Shown here: one piece after another, positions 1 through 17,510 of the stretch
Position numbering within the stretch: the stretch's first letter is position 1
Layout: the number at the start of each line of letters is the position of its first letter
The notes under the pieces: model-generated
Told to the model about the DNA's origin: nothing
The model's database searches: none
Seen by the model: only the letters and a program-made list of their open reading frames with translations
Source: the human T2T-CHM13v2.0 reference genome, Homo sapiens
Direction: 5' to 3' (one strand)
Assembly (NCBI RefSeq): GCF_009914755.1
Contig: NC_060943.1
Length of the DNA stretch: 64,000 nucleotides
Position numbers and translations under genes: made by a program

Positions 1-162
1 CCTGGCCAAAAAACTTTTTTTTTTTTGCAGAGATGGAGGTCTTGCTATGTTGCCCAGGCTGGTCTCCACCTCCTGGCCTCCAATGAACCTCCACCTCAGC
101 CTCCCAAAGTGCTGGGATTACAAGCGTGCACCATGACGCCCAGCTAATTTTATTTGTTGTAG

Positions 163-635
<473 letters not shown>

Positions 636-1020
636 CTTTTTTTCTTTTGATAGGGTCTTGCTCTGTCGCCCAGGCCGAATTGCAGTGGGGCGATCACGGC
701 TTACTGCACCCTCAACCTCCTGGCTTCCCAAAGCACTGGGATCACAGACGGGAGCCAACGCCCCGGCCAGTTTTTTCAACGTTGAGAGCCCTGGCCCCTA
801 GATAGGACCCAGCATCCTCACTGCTCTAACCCCTCCCCCCCCACCATCCCCGGGCTGGCCCGGACAACCCCTAAGGTGGCCGAGGGCGGGCCCTGAGGAG
901 GCCGGCGCGCGCTTCCGGGCACAGCTTGTGGCGGTGAAGCCGCTCAGATGGCGGAGGCCTTGGGTATCTCTAAGCAGATCGCTAGGCCGCAGACCTCGGA
1001 GCTCGTCTTGGGTCACTTTT

Positions 1021-1310
1021 ATTTATTTTTTTTGAGACGGAGTCTCTCTCTGTCGCCCACGCTGCAGTGCAATGGCGCGATCTCGGCTCACTGCAAGCTC
1101 CGCCTCCCAGATTCAAGCAATTCTCTGCCTCAGCCTCCCGAGTGGCTGGGATTACAGGCGCCCGCCACCACGCCCGGCTAATTTTTGTATTTTTAGTAGA
1201 AACGGGGTTTCACCATCTTGGCCAGGCTGGTCTTGAACTCCTGACCTCGTGATCCACGCGCCTCGGCTTCCCAAAGTGTGGGAATTAAAGGCGTGAACCA
1301 CCGCGTCCGG
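1021..1310 (-). mobile_element. AluS element with intact 14-bp TSD at the edge of the RAB8A CpG island
   Basis: cttgggtcactttt at 1007-1020 and 1311-1324; CpG-rich Alu body. Confidence 0.92.
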
Positions 1311-1329
1311 CTTGGGTCACTTTTCGAGT

Positions 1330-2420
1330 ATACAGCTCCTCCTCTCTCCTTCCTCCCTAGGCCCCCACTGCCCCGACTCGCAGGCCGCAGACAAGGCTGA
1401 GAGCGCTACCTTGCTTTCCCGCGCTCGCCTCGGTGCCTACTGCGCCTGCGCGAGCTGTGAGGGCGGGACCCAGAGACACCCGCCCCAACTACTGGCGTGC
1501 GCCCTCTGCTGTCGCCTAACGGAACTCCGGGCGCGCGTGCGCACGCACCCCAAGCCACGCCCCGCCAGGCTGCCGGCGCGCGAGCGGTTGGCGCCGCTCC
1601 CTGCCTTCCCTCTCCTACAGTGGGGCGGGGCCGGGCCGCCCGAGTCGGGGGTGGAAGGCGGGGGCCACATAATGCCACGCCCCCGCCTCGTCTCCATTTG
1701 AAGCCCCGCGACTCTTCACTGCTGGTCAATCAGAGCCCGTGCTCTCCCTAGTGCCGGCCAATGGGAGGTGCGCTCGGGCTGCTTCCGGCTCCGCGCTCCG
1801 CTCGCCCCCTCCCAAGGTCTCCCCGCGACTGGCGGGACGCAGGGGCGGGCGTCGGCCGCGGTGACGCGCAGCGGGCCTGGAGCCAATAAGGGGCGGGCTC
1901 GGTGCTGATGGACGGTGCTGGTGGCCAGTGGAGAGGCGCTGGCCGCACTTCCCGTCGGGGAGAGAGTGTAATATGGCGAAGACCTACGATTACCTGTTCA
2001 AGCTGCTGCTGATCGGGGACTCGGGGGTGGGGAAGACCTGTGTCCTGTTCCGCTTCTCCGAGGACGCCTTCAACTCCACTTTTATCTCCACCATAGGTAA
2101 CGGGACCGGGGAATGGCTGGGGGCGCCGGAGGCCCGGGCTGGGCGCGCCCCTGAGGGGCTGGGGCTGAGGGATCTACAGGGCTGGACGGGCCGAGGGCGC
2201 TGAGAGGGTCGAGGGGGCCTAAAGGGAGAAGAGCAGTCGCCTGCACCGCCGTTCGGGGGTTCCTGGGCCGTGGTGGGGGAGACCAGGTGCCCATTTTGCA
2301 GATAGGGAGACTGAGGCTCCGACCCTCAGCCCGCTCGTTAGGGCGTGTTATGTCTTGGGCTGGGGTCTTCGCGCCCGTCCTCTCGATCTGTCCTAGCAGC
2401 AGCCCTCGAAGCGGTTCTTT
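1330..2420 (+). promoter_or_regulatory. RAB8A: CpG-island promoter of RAB8A
   Basis: Dense CpG and very high GC around exon 1; CCAAT at 1758-1762 and 1883-1887, GC boxes (GGGGCGGG ~1842, ~1890), ETS-like CTTCCGG ~1782; no TATA box. Boundaries approximate. Confidence 0.9.
1973..2096 (+). CDS. RAB8A: RAB8A coding exon 1 ([22 protein letters not shown]...FISTIG), P-loop
   Basis: ATG in good context (aatATGG); GDSGVGKT G1 motif; donor AG|gtaacg; 124 nt. Confidence 0.98.
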
Positions 2421-3422
2421 TGAGGCTCTTGCCTTACAGAAGTGGAAACTGAGTCATGGGGAATTGGCCATGGGAAAAAGACAGTGGCATCTCACCTTAA
2501 TGAGCATTTACTATGTGCCAAGTGCTTCACGTGCATTTTCACACTCTTCAGTTCTTGGTGTTAAGTGCTGTTATGAGCCCGTCTGACAAGATGAGGAATC
2601 TGAGGCTCAGGGAGGGCATGGAACTTGCCCAAGGCCACACAGTCTGCACGTGGTGAGAATGGGATTTGATGGAATTTGAACCTGGCTGTGTCTCAACCCA
2701 AAACTCGAGGCTTAGCTCTCCTAGAGAGATGCCACTGCACACTCCCAGCTGATGACAAGCTCAGCTAATGCACCTTGGAGCCGGGACTCTAACCCACACC
2801 ATTCCTGCTCTTTTCTCTGGAGCGTTCAGAGGTTGAGCCCCTCTCCCTGACCATGCTTCCCCTCATAAGCGTATTTTCCTCTAGAAGGAATGATAAGAAG
2901 AGTCAGGACCTTTTCCCTGCCCACCTTTCATCCTGCTCCAGGAATGACAGCAATGGCAAGTGACAGCACTGCCTGCCCTGGGACCTGTCATCCCCAAGAA
3001 GATGCAAGATAAAAGCCTCAGCGAGAAACTAAATCAGCCACTGCCACAGACAGCCTTGACTTCCCTATCAAAGGGCCCAAGACTCCAGCTGTCACTTTAG
3101 AACAGCTTTTCCCGTAGGGCCAGCCCACATTGTGGTTGAACAGAATTGGCTTGGTGCATCTCAGTTGTGATGTCCACAGAAGTGGAGCTGACCTCTCTCA
3201 GTGCCACAAAAGCAGTCCTGGCCCACAATGAAAAGGTTTGACCCAGGAGTAACACCTATTTGAGTGGCTTGTGAGCTCTGTAGCCCTGCTAGGGATGGGG
3301 AAAGTGGGGGAACGGTCACTAAGTCCAGGAGTTTATTCCGACTCAAGAAAACCTAGGGAATGGCCTTTGCTTTACTGTGTCACTTTGACAGAATCGTGTT
3401 ATCTCCCTGAACCCCAAGATAA

Positions 3423-3751
<329 letters not shown>

Positions 3752-4468
3752 TGAGCCACCGCACCCAGCGGAGCTGTGCTTTATAAAACAGTTATATGCC
3801 AGATGTAAAATAGAGAGAATTGACTGGAAATCATTACGTCTGGTTTCCAGTTGCTGTTTGCCCTTGAATGTGCACTACCCCTCTCTGAGCCCTGCTGTCT
3901 TTAGAGCAGGAGTGACACTGTCTGCCCAGCCTAGTGCCCTGGTGGTTGAGGATTAGAATTAGACAATAAGGGGTTGTCACCACAACCAGAGGCTATCTAG
4001 AGGAAGCAAATGAATGGCTCCTGCAGTGACAGCATCCAGCCTCTGAAGACAGATGTTTCTGAATTCTTCCCCCTCCCCCACTCCAAGGCTAAACTTTAGG
4101 GTAATTCTTGTGCTCCAACCAATCAAGAAGTGGCGTTAATTCAGCCTGGGCAACATGGCAAACCCCATCTCTACAAAAAATAAAATAAAATCAGCCGGGC
4201 ACAGTGGCTCACCCATGTAGACCCAGCCACTTGGGAGGCCAAGGTGGGAGGATCGATTGAGCCCAGGAGGTCAAGGTGCAGTGAGCTGTGATGGTGTCAC
4301 TGCACTCCAGCCTGGGCAACAGAGCGAGACCCTGTCTTAAAAAATAATAATAAAAATAAAAGAAAGAAAGAAATGATGTTAACTGTGAGCAGACTGGCTT
4401 GCATTCACTCAGATCCCAGTTTCCCAGCCTTCCCCACAAACCCCCCTCTTTTTTTTTTTTTTTTTTGA

Positions 4469-4639
<171 letters not shown>

Positions 4640-6459
4640 TAGTAGAGATGGGGTTTCACCATGTTGGCCAGGCTGGTCTCGAACTCCTGACCTCGTGACC
4701 GCCCACCTTGGCCTCCCAAAGTGCTGGGATTACAAGCATGAGCCACCGCGCCCAGCCCAACCCCCCTCTTTAGAGTTACTTTGAGCTTTAAAGAGGCTTT
4801 CTTCCATTTGCAGATGAGGATGTGACTTGGTGAAAGTTACCTAGCAAGGTGGAGGTGGCACCTGACCCTAAGATCCCTCCCTCCCACCCCTTCATTCCCC
4901 TCCTTCCATTTGTAGCCTTCTGTCTTCTAGGAAAGTCTAATTCACCATGACCTTGAAGGTCAGACCTCATAATTCTTAGGCCTCATAAAGTTTACACTTC
5001 CTAATTAAATTTGGCATGTTAATAAAACCCAGAGGAGTGTAGGGCGGAGTGCTGCTGTGGAGCTTGGCCAACCTAACAGTGCTCCTCGATTTTTTGTGTC
5101 CCTGTACACGTGTGACAGGAAATGGGGAATGTTTTAGGAAGCCCAGGCACACTGGGCTGTCTAGTCCTGAAGCAGTATCACCTTAATGCTTAAAGGTGAT
5201 TCCATAAATTAGCCATACGTGGTGGCGCTTGCCTGTATTCCCAGCTACTCAGGAGGCTGAGGCAGGAGAATCGCTTGAATCCAGGAGGCAGAGGTTACAG
5301 TGAGCCAAGATTGTGCCAGTGCACTCCAGCCTGGGCAACAGAGCAAAACTCTGTCTCCAAAAAAAAAAAGAAGCAATTCTATATTGGCTGAGTGTACCTC
5401 TGGGTTTTCTTTATAGACAAGGATTGAGTGGCTATTCATTTTCTGCCACTCAATCCTTAACATTTTGCCAAAAGTTACATTTCATCAAAGCCTATTCTCA
5501 GAAGCCCCATAGATCATTTGTGGTGTGAACTTGGCCCTGTAGCTCCCTGGAATGGGTTCTCACCAGCCTGGCTCGGCGCCACTGCCTCCTCAGGGGCCCA
5601 TTGATTCCTCCAGTGAAAGGGTTGGCATTTGAGAAAGTGCTTTGTGAACCGCTCAACACCGCGTAGACCCTGTTGCGCTTTAATACTTTGATCCAGCCAT
5701 ATTTTGCCAGTGTCTTCTGTGGGCCAGGCAGCCATTTTGGCAAGAGGGCTGCAGAAAGGACACAGGTGAGTCAAGGTGCGTGCAGGACTGGGGTACCAGC
5801 TTCTAGCAAATGTGTATTCAACCCCTGTGTGTTCAGTCACTGGAGGTAATAGCAGTGGATGAGACTTGTCAGTTCCCTGCCCCAGGGAGCTTACGTTTGA
5901 GAGGGCGAAAGTCCAGTGCTGGGGCTGGATGGATGGAATTAGCATCCCCACCCTGGGTTCAGAGAGGCCCAGCCAGGCCTGGGCCTCAAGTCTTCCCCAG
6001 CAGGCACTTGAACAAACTCCTGGTGGCAAAGGCTGGGTCTGGCTGTTTCTCATCTACATGGGCCATTATGATCTGCAAGCATTATGCCCAGGTCCATGCA
6101 GCAGATACATACATGTATGTCAGTTATGTTAATAAATAGGTAAAGGGAGAACTGATGAGGATGGTCAGAAAGGTTCCCCTGAGGAGGGAACTTGAATGGG
6201 AACCTGAACAAAGGGATAGCCAGGTAGCTACAGAAGAAAGAACTTTCCAGGGCAGGGAAGAGCAAACATCAAAGCCCCGAGTCAGGAGCATGCTTGGAAT
6301 GTTGAGGAAATCGCTGTGTGGATGGTGTGGCCAGAGAGAGCAGGTCATGAGCCAGAGTGCTGAGAGGTGACCAGGTTAGGCAGGACCTTGACACACATGA
6401 GCAGCTGTTTCCACTTTATTCGAGGGAAGTGGGGCAGGGAAGCCACTGAAAGAGGCTTT

Positions 6460-7593
<1,134 letters not shown>

Positions 7594-8295
7594 TTAGCTG
7601 TGTAACATGGTTAGGGTTATATTTTTGAAGGCTGGGGAGGGGACTGCGGGTGAACAGTGGGAGCCTGGGGAACATCAAGGTGGCTGCGAGGTCACCGTGG
7701 GGAAAGGGGATGAAAGCGGGAGGTGAGAGACAAGGAAGATGGGGTCAGGAAGGCTTGTTAGGAGGTGATCTTCAAGGGGGCCTTAAAGGAGGAGAAGTGT
7801 GCCTAGCTGACGGGCCAGTGGGACACAGACCACCCGCAGAAAATGAATAGCATGTACAAAAGCTGGGGGCAGGAGAGAACGTGACCATGTGCATTGACGC
7901 ATGGTGGGGCCTAAGGCCCTGTGTGCCTGGGGGTTGGTCAGCTGCAGGGTGTTGGGGAGCGAGGGACTCAGGCCTGCAGAGGGCTCTGTTGAGACCCACT
8001 CCGTACAACTGCCTGGGGTGGGGAGGCGGGTTCAGCTGGCAGCAAGGGACAAGAGCAGGGCTTTGCCACCCGCGCCCCCTGGGTTTGCTCTGCACTGCTC
8101 CCATCAGCTCTTGGAGAGGGAAAATATCTCCAAGTGTTTCCAGATCTGGATATTCCGACATCCTGCATGCCCAGCACCAGGCAGGGTCTCCGTAAGCCAC
8201 AACAGCTGTCACCTGCACAGGTTGGTGGCGCCCAGCTCAGACACAACTTGGGAAATGGGCTGACAGTGACGTGCCTTTTTTCTTTTTTCTTTCAG

Positions 8296-8356
8296 GAATT
8301 GACTTTAAAATTAGGACCATAGAGCTCGATGGCAAGAGAATTAAACTGCAGATATG
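8296..8356 (+). CDS. RAB8A: RAB8A coding exon 2 ([20 protein letters not shown])
   Basis: Polypyrimidine tract + ttcag acceptor, TG|gtaaga donor; 61 nt; Rab-family IDFK and KLQIW motifs; phases match neighbours. Confidence 0.97.
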
Positions 8357-9294
8357 GTAAGAGTCATTGTTCTCTGTCATTCTCTCCACCTGGCAATGGC
8401 TTCAAGCCAGAAGCCCTTGGCCTTCTCCCTCCACCGTCCCTGTGACCTTGGCCTCCATTTCTTGGTGCCCAGTCCTGGCACATGGGGCTTTCTCCAGAAG
8501 CTCCTGGAGGTTTATACCCAGCCCAGAGAGCTGTCCTCTGCTGGCTGCAGGGCACCAGGGCCTACAGCATCATAGGCACAAAGCTGCCCAGCCCTGGCTA
8601 GCTCAGTGTTCCACAGTGGGCACCATCTGGGTCTGGCCTTCAGAGTGGGCTGCTTCTGTTGAACGGGAAGAGAGCCCTCTCAGTGCCAGGTGCTGGTGAC
8701 GCCTGCAGGGACTGTGAGATGCCCCAGCCGAGAGTTTCCTTTTGAGCCTCTCAACCCACTCAGAAGCATAAAGGTCCAACTTCACTTCCTCTTTTCTCCC
8801 CTGGGGCAGGCCTGGCCTCCCTTCCTAGCGTACAGACCGAAACCCCAAACCGAAATTAAGCGGAGGGCCGGGCCCCATGTTGAGACCTGTTTCCATTCCT
8901 GAGAACTAAGGGTGACTTCCCATGCACATACAATTAGGGAAGTGGGGAGACTCCAAGTCGCCATCGCTGGCCTGATTCTAGTTTGCTGAGACTGAGTTCA
9001 GGTGGCGGGTATAGTGGGGTCCTGCCCTGCACACATGCCACTCGCACAGAGTCACTGGCCCTGAGCAAAACAAAGAGAAGTCACATTTAAGAGCATGGTG
9101 CAATTTCCCTGTCACCCAAACCAGGCAAGTGCCTTTGAGTGGGAGCAGTGTGCCAGGAGATGGGCCACGAAGTCATCCTCCCTCAAGTCTCAAAGTTTGA
9201 CCGGTCACCCCCACTTGCCAGTTTCAGGGAGCCCCACAGCTACCCTTGACTCCAGGTGCTATTCACCTCTTCTTTTTTTTTCTTCTTTTTTTGA

Positions 9295-9611
<317 letters not shown>

Positions 9612-9829
9612 TAGGTTTAACTTGCAGTTCATCCTGCAGACATTGGTAGTAAGTCAAGCTCTGGCTGCCTTGTAAGTTCCAAGCCATGGAAGTTTCTCCA
9701 CTTCCAGCACGTTGGTGCCATGTCACCCTTTGTTCCCAAGTCCAAAGTGACACTGCATCAGCAAGCAGAAGTTTCACTTTCCTCCTGCCTTCCTGCTTCT
9801 GCTCTTAGCAATCGTGGTGAGGTTAGTGA

Positions 9830-10186
<357 letters not shown>

Positions 10187-10372
10187 TGACTGTTTTTAAC
10201 CACTCATGTCTCCTGCTGCTGGTGTCAGAAAGTCAGCTTAGCTCCAAGCAAGGTGTTTCTGCACAATCCAGACGTATAGAGCCCTCCGGGTCCCAGCAGG
10301 GCCGTGGGAGGAACCCTGGGCTTGGAGACAAAAGACCTGAGTCTTGCCCTGGCTCTGTCACCAATCAGTTAG

Positions 10373-10609
<237 letters not shown>

Positions 10610-10944
10610 TGACCTCAGGTGATCTGCTGGCCTCAGCCTCCCAAAGTGCTGAGATTACGGGAGTGAGCCAACACGCCTGGCTTTTTTTTTTTTTTTTCCT
10701 GAGACAGAGTCTTACTCTGTCACCCATGCTGGAATATAGCGGCACGATCTCAGGTCACTGCAACCTCCACCTCCCAGGTTCAAGCGATTGTTGTGTCTCG
10801 GCCTCCTAAGTAGCTGGGACTACAGATCCACGCCATCATGCCCGCCTAATTTTTGTATTTTTAGTAGAGATGAGGTTTCATTGTGTTGGTCAGGCCGGTC
10901 TCGAACTCCTGGCCTCAGGTGATCCACCCGCCTCGGCCTCTTAA

Positions 10945-11389
<445 letters not shown>

Positions 11390-11822
11390 TAGGCCCTGTG
11401 TTCCTTGTCATGCAGATGAGGAGGGACTTTCCCCATCATTCAAACCAAGATGGCAGGCCTGAAAGCTTTTCCTGAGTCCCAGCCACCCTCAACAGCAAGA
11501 GCTATGTTCCTGAGCCACATGACTGGCTCTTCTGTGAACCAGAAACTCCAGGGAGAATTCCCTGGAAGCAAAGGTGCAGAAGAGGAGAAGGCGCATGGGT
11601 CAGGGATCCCATCATGGCTCTGCCACATCAAATGACCCCTCCAGGCCACAGTGTCCTTCCCTGTAATAATAGGGAGATTAGAAGGTGCTGCCTTAGCAGA
11701 AGAAGGTATCACAGTGGCTGAACGGTGAGAAAGCCAGGCATCCCGGGTAGATGCTCCTTGTCTCCTACTGAGGACAGTTATTTTCCTTTAATGTTGCTAA
11801 TATCCCTTCTCTTCATGTTTAG

Positions 11823-11883
11823 GGACACAGCCGGTCAGGAACGGTTTCGGACGATCACAACGGCCTACTACAGGGGTGCAATG
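11823..11883 (+). CDS. RAB8A: RAB8A coding exon 3 (DTAGQERFRTITTAYYRGAM), G3/switch II including Thr72
   Basis: tttag acceptor, ATG|gtaggg donor; 61 nt; WDTAGQE motif completed across the junction. Confidence 0.98.
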
Positions 11884-14800
11884 GTAGGGACTTTTTGTTT
11901 GGTTGTTTTTATCTGCTTTTTAAGTCAACATGGGAGCGTCACTGTGCATTGGTTACCGAAGCCTAGATGTTTCTGTGGAGCCCGTGCCCCAACTCCTCAG
12001 GGCTCCTTGGTCCCAAGTTAGTCTTAGGAACAGGCTTTGTGCCCCGGCCTACCCCCATGTACATACCTCCCCTTCTGGCTGCAGAGACAATGCAAGGTTT
12101 AAATAAAGTGGAAACATAATTCTTTGGGAATGAAGAAAGACACAGGAAGCCGGTTCTTCCAGGTGAGCTCAGTGCAGTTAAAGCCGGCATGCCCCGACTT
12201 TTAGGAGCTGTCACATGACCTGCATCTGTCTCTGAAATTTGCTACCAAAAGCTTGAAGATCTTCCAGGAGCTGACCTGCCCTGGGCTGTCGGCCGTTATA
12301 TCCGTCACCCAGGCCTGAGGCGGGATGACGTGATGGGAAGACTCAGTCATCATCCCTCAAAACATTTCTCAAGCACCTTCTCTGGGCCAGGCCTTAACTA
12401 GATGCAGAAGGCGGCCAGGGATGGGACGAGGTCCTGTGTCAGGGGCCCTGTGTGTACATGGCAGGGCATTCAGGGGTAGAGGGAGCAGGAGGTGGAGCCC
12501 CTGGACCTGACCTGAGACCCTGGCTTGCCCACTGAGCTCCATCTCCTGACTTGGAAAAGGGAACGGAGCACAGCACTGTGTCTCGGGCTGTGCTGAGGAT
12601 AAACGGCTGCCTCTCCCCATTCCCAGGTCCCTCTGCTCCCCACTCTTTCCTCCGCATACCCCATCATTTAATTGCTCAGGCAGCTGCCTGTTTCCTCGAT
12701 GAGGGCAGCGCCACATCCTGGTCCCTGCCATCTGCCTGGCCCCGGGGAACCTGCTGGGTCTGCAGTAGTTGCTCAGGAAAGACTTGTGGAGGGTGGAGAT
12801 GGAAGGAGGCATTATGTGTTTAGAGCATCCCACACGGCATCCGAAACCTCATGGCAACCCACTCGTGTGGGCTGCAGCCTTAGTGTGCCTCAGTAAAATT
12901 AATGTATTTCTTTCCCCCCACCTCACAGTTCTCTGGTGGAGGGTGGGCAGGCGGCCTGAGGGCACTGGGGTCTTGGGGAGCTTCAGCCTCTGGAGAAAAC
13001 TGTGACCTGGGGCCTGTCCCGATCTTCTCTGGGCCCAAATAGCCACCTTCCACCCTGCCCTGACCACCAAGCCCTCCCCTGCACCAGGCAGTGGGCCCAG
13101 GTCTTAGCTCAGATTATCTCATTGCATTTTGGCTGTGAACCTCTTTGTGCAGGCGCCATTGTCATCCCTGTTTTATAACAAAGAACCTGAGGTTTGGCCC
13201 GGTGGCCTGCCCCGCTGAAGTTCACTCAGCAGGTAAATGGCTAGGCTGGGCTGGGCTGTTTGTCTCTAGCACCCACATCCTCAACCAGCACCAAGATGAT
13301 CGTGGCTTTCCATCCTCCTAGACCCAGGCCAACCTGAACAGATGCCACCACTGGCTGCATGTGGCTATTTGAATTTACCCAATTAACATTGAAAATCCAG
13401 CCAGGCGCAGTGGCTGATGCCTGTAATCCCAGCACTTTGGGAGGCCGAGGCGGGTAGATCTCTTGAGGTCAGGAGTTGGAGACCAGCCTGGCCACATGGT
13501 AAAATTCCATCTCTACTAAAAATACAAAAATTAGCTGGGCGTGGTGGCGGATGCCTGTAATCCCAGCTACTCAGGAGGGTGAGGCAGGAGAATCGCTTAA
13601 ACCTGGGAGCCGGAGGTTGCGGTGAGCCGAGGTTGCACCACTGCACTCCAGTCTGGGCAGCAGAGCAAGTATCCGTCGCTTAACTACTTAATTAATTAAT
13701 TAATTTTAAAAAACATTGAAAATCCAGCTCCTTGGGTCAAAGCAGCTATGTTTCTGATGCCCTAGAGCCTTGTGTAGCCAGTATCAGTCATATGGGACAA
13801 CACCACCATTGCAGCTGTGTCCTCATCTCTGTCAGCATGCTCATAGACCCTTGGGCCTCAAAATCCCAAGTTTGGGAAGCATTGGATGCCTAGAGACCCA
13901 TGGTGAGGTTTGCCCAGACGGGGCCCTGGAAAATAGTCACTTGGAGCCCTGAGGGGTGTTTCCAGGAAAACCTGGAATAGGATGGCTGGCTCAGTGTTTT
14001 CCAGGTGCTTCTGCTTGATTCTAAGAGAGAGCTCTACCCACTGCCCCACTAACGTCCAGGTTCTCCCCTCAGCTCCCTGAAATAGGTATAATCCAGGAAT
14101 TTGAGTCTTAGGCACATGTCACCAACTTAGTGGTGAAGGCAGGAATCCTGGGCTTTCAGAGGGTCCAGTCCCCGGATAAAGGGCCCCACGCCCCCTGTCC
14201 CTGACCATGTCACAGTCACAGGGTGTGCCCACCGTGGATGGGGCATGGCAGACATCATGGGCCACTGCAGCCTTGAGGTTCTTCGCCATGGTTGCGGCTG
14301 ACTGTGAGTCCATTATTCATGTCCCTGAATTCCCAGGAGGATTTGGGGTTGCAGTGACTTTCTTGCCCCATCTGTGTCGTTTTTGTCCCACACTCTTGCA
14401 CCCACATCTGTCTCACCATTACCACATGGCCCGTGTCCTTATTCTGCAAACTTGGATGGCCCCAGACAACTTGGCCAGCAGCAGAAGTCATCAGTGCCCT
14501 CAGGTGCCACAGATGCAGGGCTGGGCCTGGGGAGCAGGTAGCGAGGAGGAAGGAAGAAATCCAGGCCTGGCCATGAGCAGGCCACGTGCCTTGGAGCCCA
14601 GGATGCCCGGCAACAAAGGGGGACTTGTGATGGCACTGCAGGCTGGCCCGCTGTGGGCACTCCACAAGGACATCGAGAACCACACAGACCGTCAGAGGGT
14701 GGCCCCCACATGTGGGTTCTGGGGCTGAAAAAGGCCCAGGGATATTGCTGAGAGGATAGGTGTCATCAGTGCTTTTGGAGTTAGCCCCCCCCCCGCCCCC

Positions 14801-15543
14801 CGTGCTTGAATCTTAAAGGTCACGTCTCTGTGCCTCAGTTTCCCCTTGCATCGCATGGGCATGTTTGCGCTTGTCCACAGCAGTAGCGAGGCTGTGGACC
14901 CAGGCTGAGGCGGGGCTGCCCCGAAGCTCTTCCAGGACCCACGAGCCGTCTCCCAGTTGCTCACGTCTAGGTTAGGGAACTGGAAGGGCCTTGGCACTCT
15001 CGGCTCCATCTTCACACAGCCGGTTCCCTCTGTGGTGGGGTCACTGGAAGTTGTGTGGATGTCGGGTCAGGACTTCCTGGGCTCAGTTGTGCCTGGTAGG
15101 TGGCTCAGGCAGAGCGTGGGGTGAGCAAGGGGTGAAGAGGAGGCCGATTGCAGGGGAGGGTCAGCGTGAGGGGAGTGCTGCTGGCAGTGGGCCTGTGGAC
15201 CGGCTCCCACCGTCAGGCTGCACCACCCCGTGGGCCATGAGGGGAGCCAGCCGGGCTTGTCAGCGAGTGCGTGGCAGGGGCTGGCCTGTGAGGCAGAAGG
15301 GTCACCTCAGCGGCCCGGGGGGCAGGACAAGGCTGGTGCCAGAACCCAGCAGAAAGAAGGGCCACAGGGATGGAGAGGAGGGGGCTGGCTTCCGGGGCTC
15401 CACAGAGGTGGGGAGGGCGGCAGCTAATGGGCCTGGCTGTGCAGTGGGTGCTGGGCTCCCCACCACTGTTCTCTGGTGCCGCTGAGGCCTCCCTTCCAGA
15501 GCCTGCAGCCGATCAGGCACCTGTGTCTTCTCTCCCCGCGCAG

Positions 15544-15621
15544 GGCATCATGCTGGTCTACGACATCACCAACGAGAAGTCCTTCGACAACATCCGGAAC
15601 TGGATTCGCAACATTGAGGAG
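15544..15621 (+). CDS. RAB8A: RAB8A coding exon 4 ([26 protein letters not shown])
   Basis: gcag acceptor, GAG|gtgagg donor; 78 nt. Confidence 0.97.
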
Positions 15622-17510
15622 GTGAGGCCCTCCGGCTCCTCCCACTGTCCCTGCTTCAGTCCTTGTCCCAGAGCCCTCTGGTTTACTCATGAGAAGGCCA
15701 AGGTGCAGAGACACATACAGGCCACTTGCCCACAGCCTCCTAGTCAGGGACATGGTGGGAGCAGGGACTGAGATGCAAGCAGCCGGCCCCAGGGACCACA
15801 CACTGGCCTGGCCCCACCCCAGAGCCCCTCGGAGCCCATCCCTCCAGCTAGGCTGTTGGATCTGGCCAGTGTCATGGTTATAAGAGAAAGGATATCCAAG
15901 CTTGTGGTCACCATGAGTGTTGGGTGCTTTCTAGAGAAGGAAGGGTCTAGCACAGGTGTGACCCTTGTAGTTGGAGGGTGTGGTGAGCAGGCGTCAGTTG
16001 TACTTTGAGCTATATCGGAGCAGGGTGTGACCTGGTACAAACGACCTGTGTTCAGACCTTGAACCATAGAGCAGTGAGAAGTAGGCCAACCCCTCCTCCC
16101 CTCCCAAAGCCAGCATCTTCATCTTCTGCTCCCCAAAGAGCTGACCTCACCCCCAAAGCCTTCCTGGCTGCCGGCACCTGCAGCTTTCTATAACTAACCA
16201 TGTGGGGCTTCAGGTCTGAGGCACAGCCAGAGAACTTTTCCCATCTATAAAACCACAGCAAAAGGGCATATCACTGTCCACCCAGGACTCATGGACCTCC
16301 CAGGCCAGGCCGAGAGGCCACCCCATCATTTGTGAGTCATTGCACTGGGCTCACCTCCCCAGTGACCCTGAGAGGGCTGTGCTGCCAAATTTGCCAGTGC
16401 AGGGCTGCACCCCAGCTGGGAAAGCTGTCTTCATCCGTGGAGAGGAGGAGAGCCTGGTCTTTGTGAAAGGTCTCTGTTTCTGGCCAGCGGGCAGGAGCCA
16501 CCTTCTGGTTCATGGGAAGTGAGGCAGGGAGTGGCGCAGTAGGTTCCAGAGACCAAGTCTGAGCTGGTGGAAGAAGACAGCAGTTTCCAGTGTCCCCGTC
16601 CTCCAGGAAGCGTGGTCCGCTCCATGGGGACCCAGGGAGACTTGACGAAGGAGCTGCCTTTGGGTATGAGGGCAGAGTTTGGGCAACATCAGACAGGGTG
16701 GTGAAGTGCCTGCAGCTGGTGACGGCCTCGAGTTGCGACCACCTCAGGCACGGCCTGTTTCTGGAGCCCAAAAATAGTTGAAATGTCAGGGCCAGGCGAG
16801 GTGGCTCATGCCTGTAATCCCAGCAGTTTGGGAGGCTGAGGCGGGCAGATCACCTGAGGTCAGAAGTTTGAGACCAGCCTAGCCAACATGGCGAAACTCT
16901 GTCTCTACTAAAAATACAAAAAATTAGCCTGGTATGGTGGCAGATGCCTGTAATCTCAGCTATTCGGGAGGTTGAGGATCGCTTGAACCTGAAGGCAGAG
17001 GTTGCAGTGAGCCGAGATCATGCCACTACACTCCAGCCTGGGAGACAGAACGAGACTCCATCTCAAAAAAAAACAAAAAAAAAAGTGTCAAAGCAGAAGG
17101 TCCCAGGACAACAGCTGGGGCCTCTTGCAGAGGAGCCAGGGAGGGAAGGAGGAAAGCCAAGGTCGGGGGGTAAATATCTCAGCCTCACTCACCTCCCATA
17201 GGCTAGACCCGCCCAGCATCCCAGGTGCGGGGGCTTGATTGATACAGCCATAGAAGCTGCCAGAAAGCATTTCAGAAAATGTGCATTTGCTCAGAGTAGC
17301 AGCTAGAACCCTGGCCCCAGCCCTGGCATTGGCTGTGTGACATGGGGCCGGCTGCTTGGCCTCTCTGAGCTTCAGCTTGTCCCTTAGACCAGGCTGTACC
17401 TAGCAGTCCTGACCCCACCGCTCTGATTTCTGGGGACAGACTGTGTGTTGGCAGAGGCACCTGGCCTGTGTCATCCGGTCTGATCCCCCGTCTGTCCCCC
17501 TCCCTCTCAG

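Noticed and set aside
1928-1972. In-frame GTG-initiated 15-aa N-terminal extension of Rab8a
   Set aside because: Weak context (C at -3) and probably upstream of or very near the main TSS; the canonical ATG has strong context
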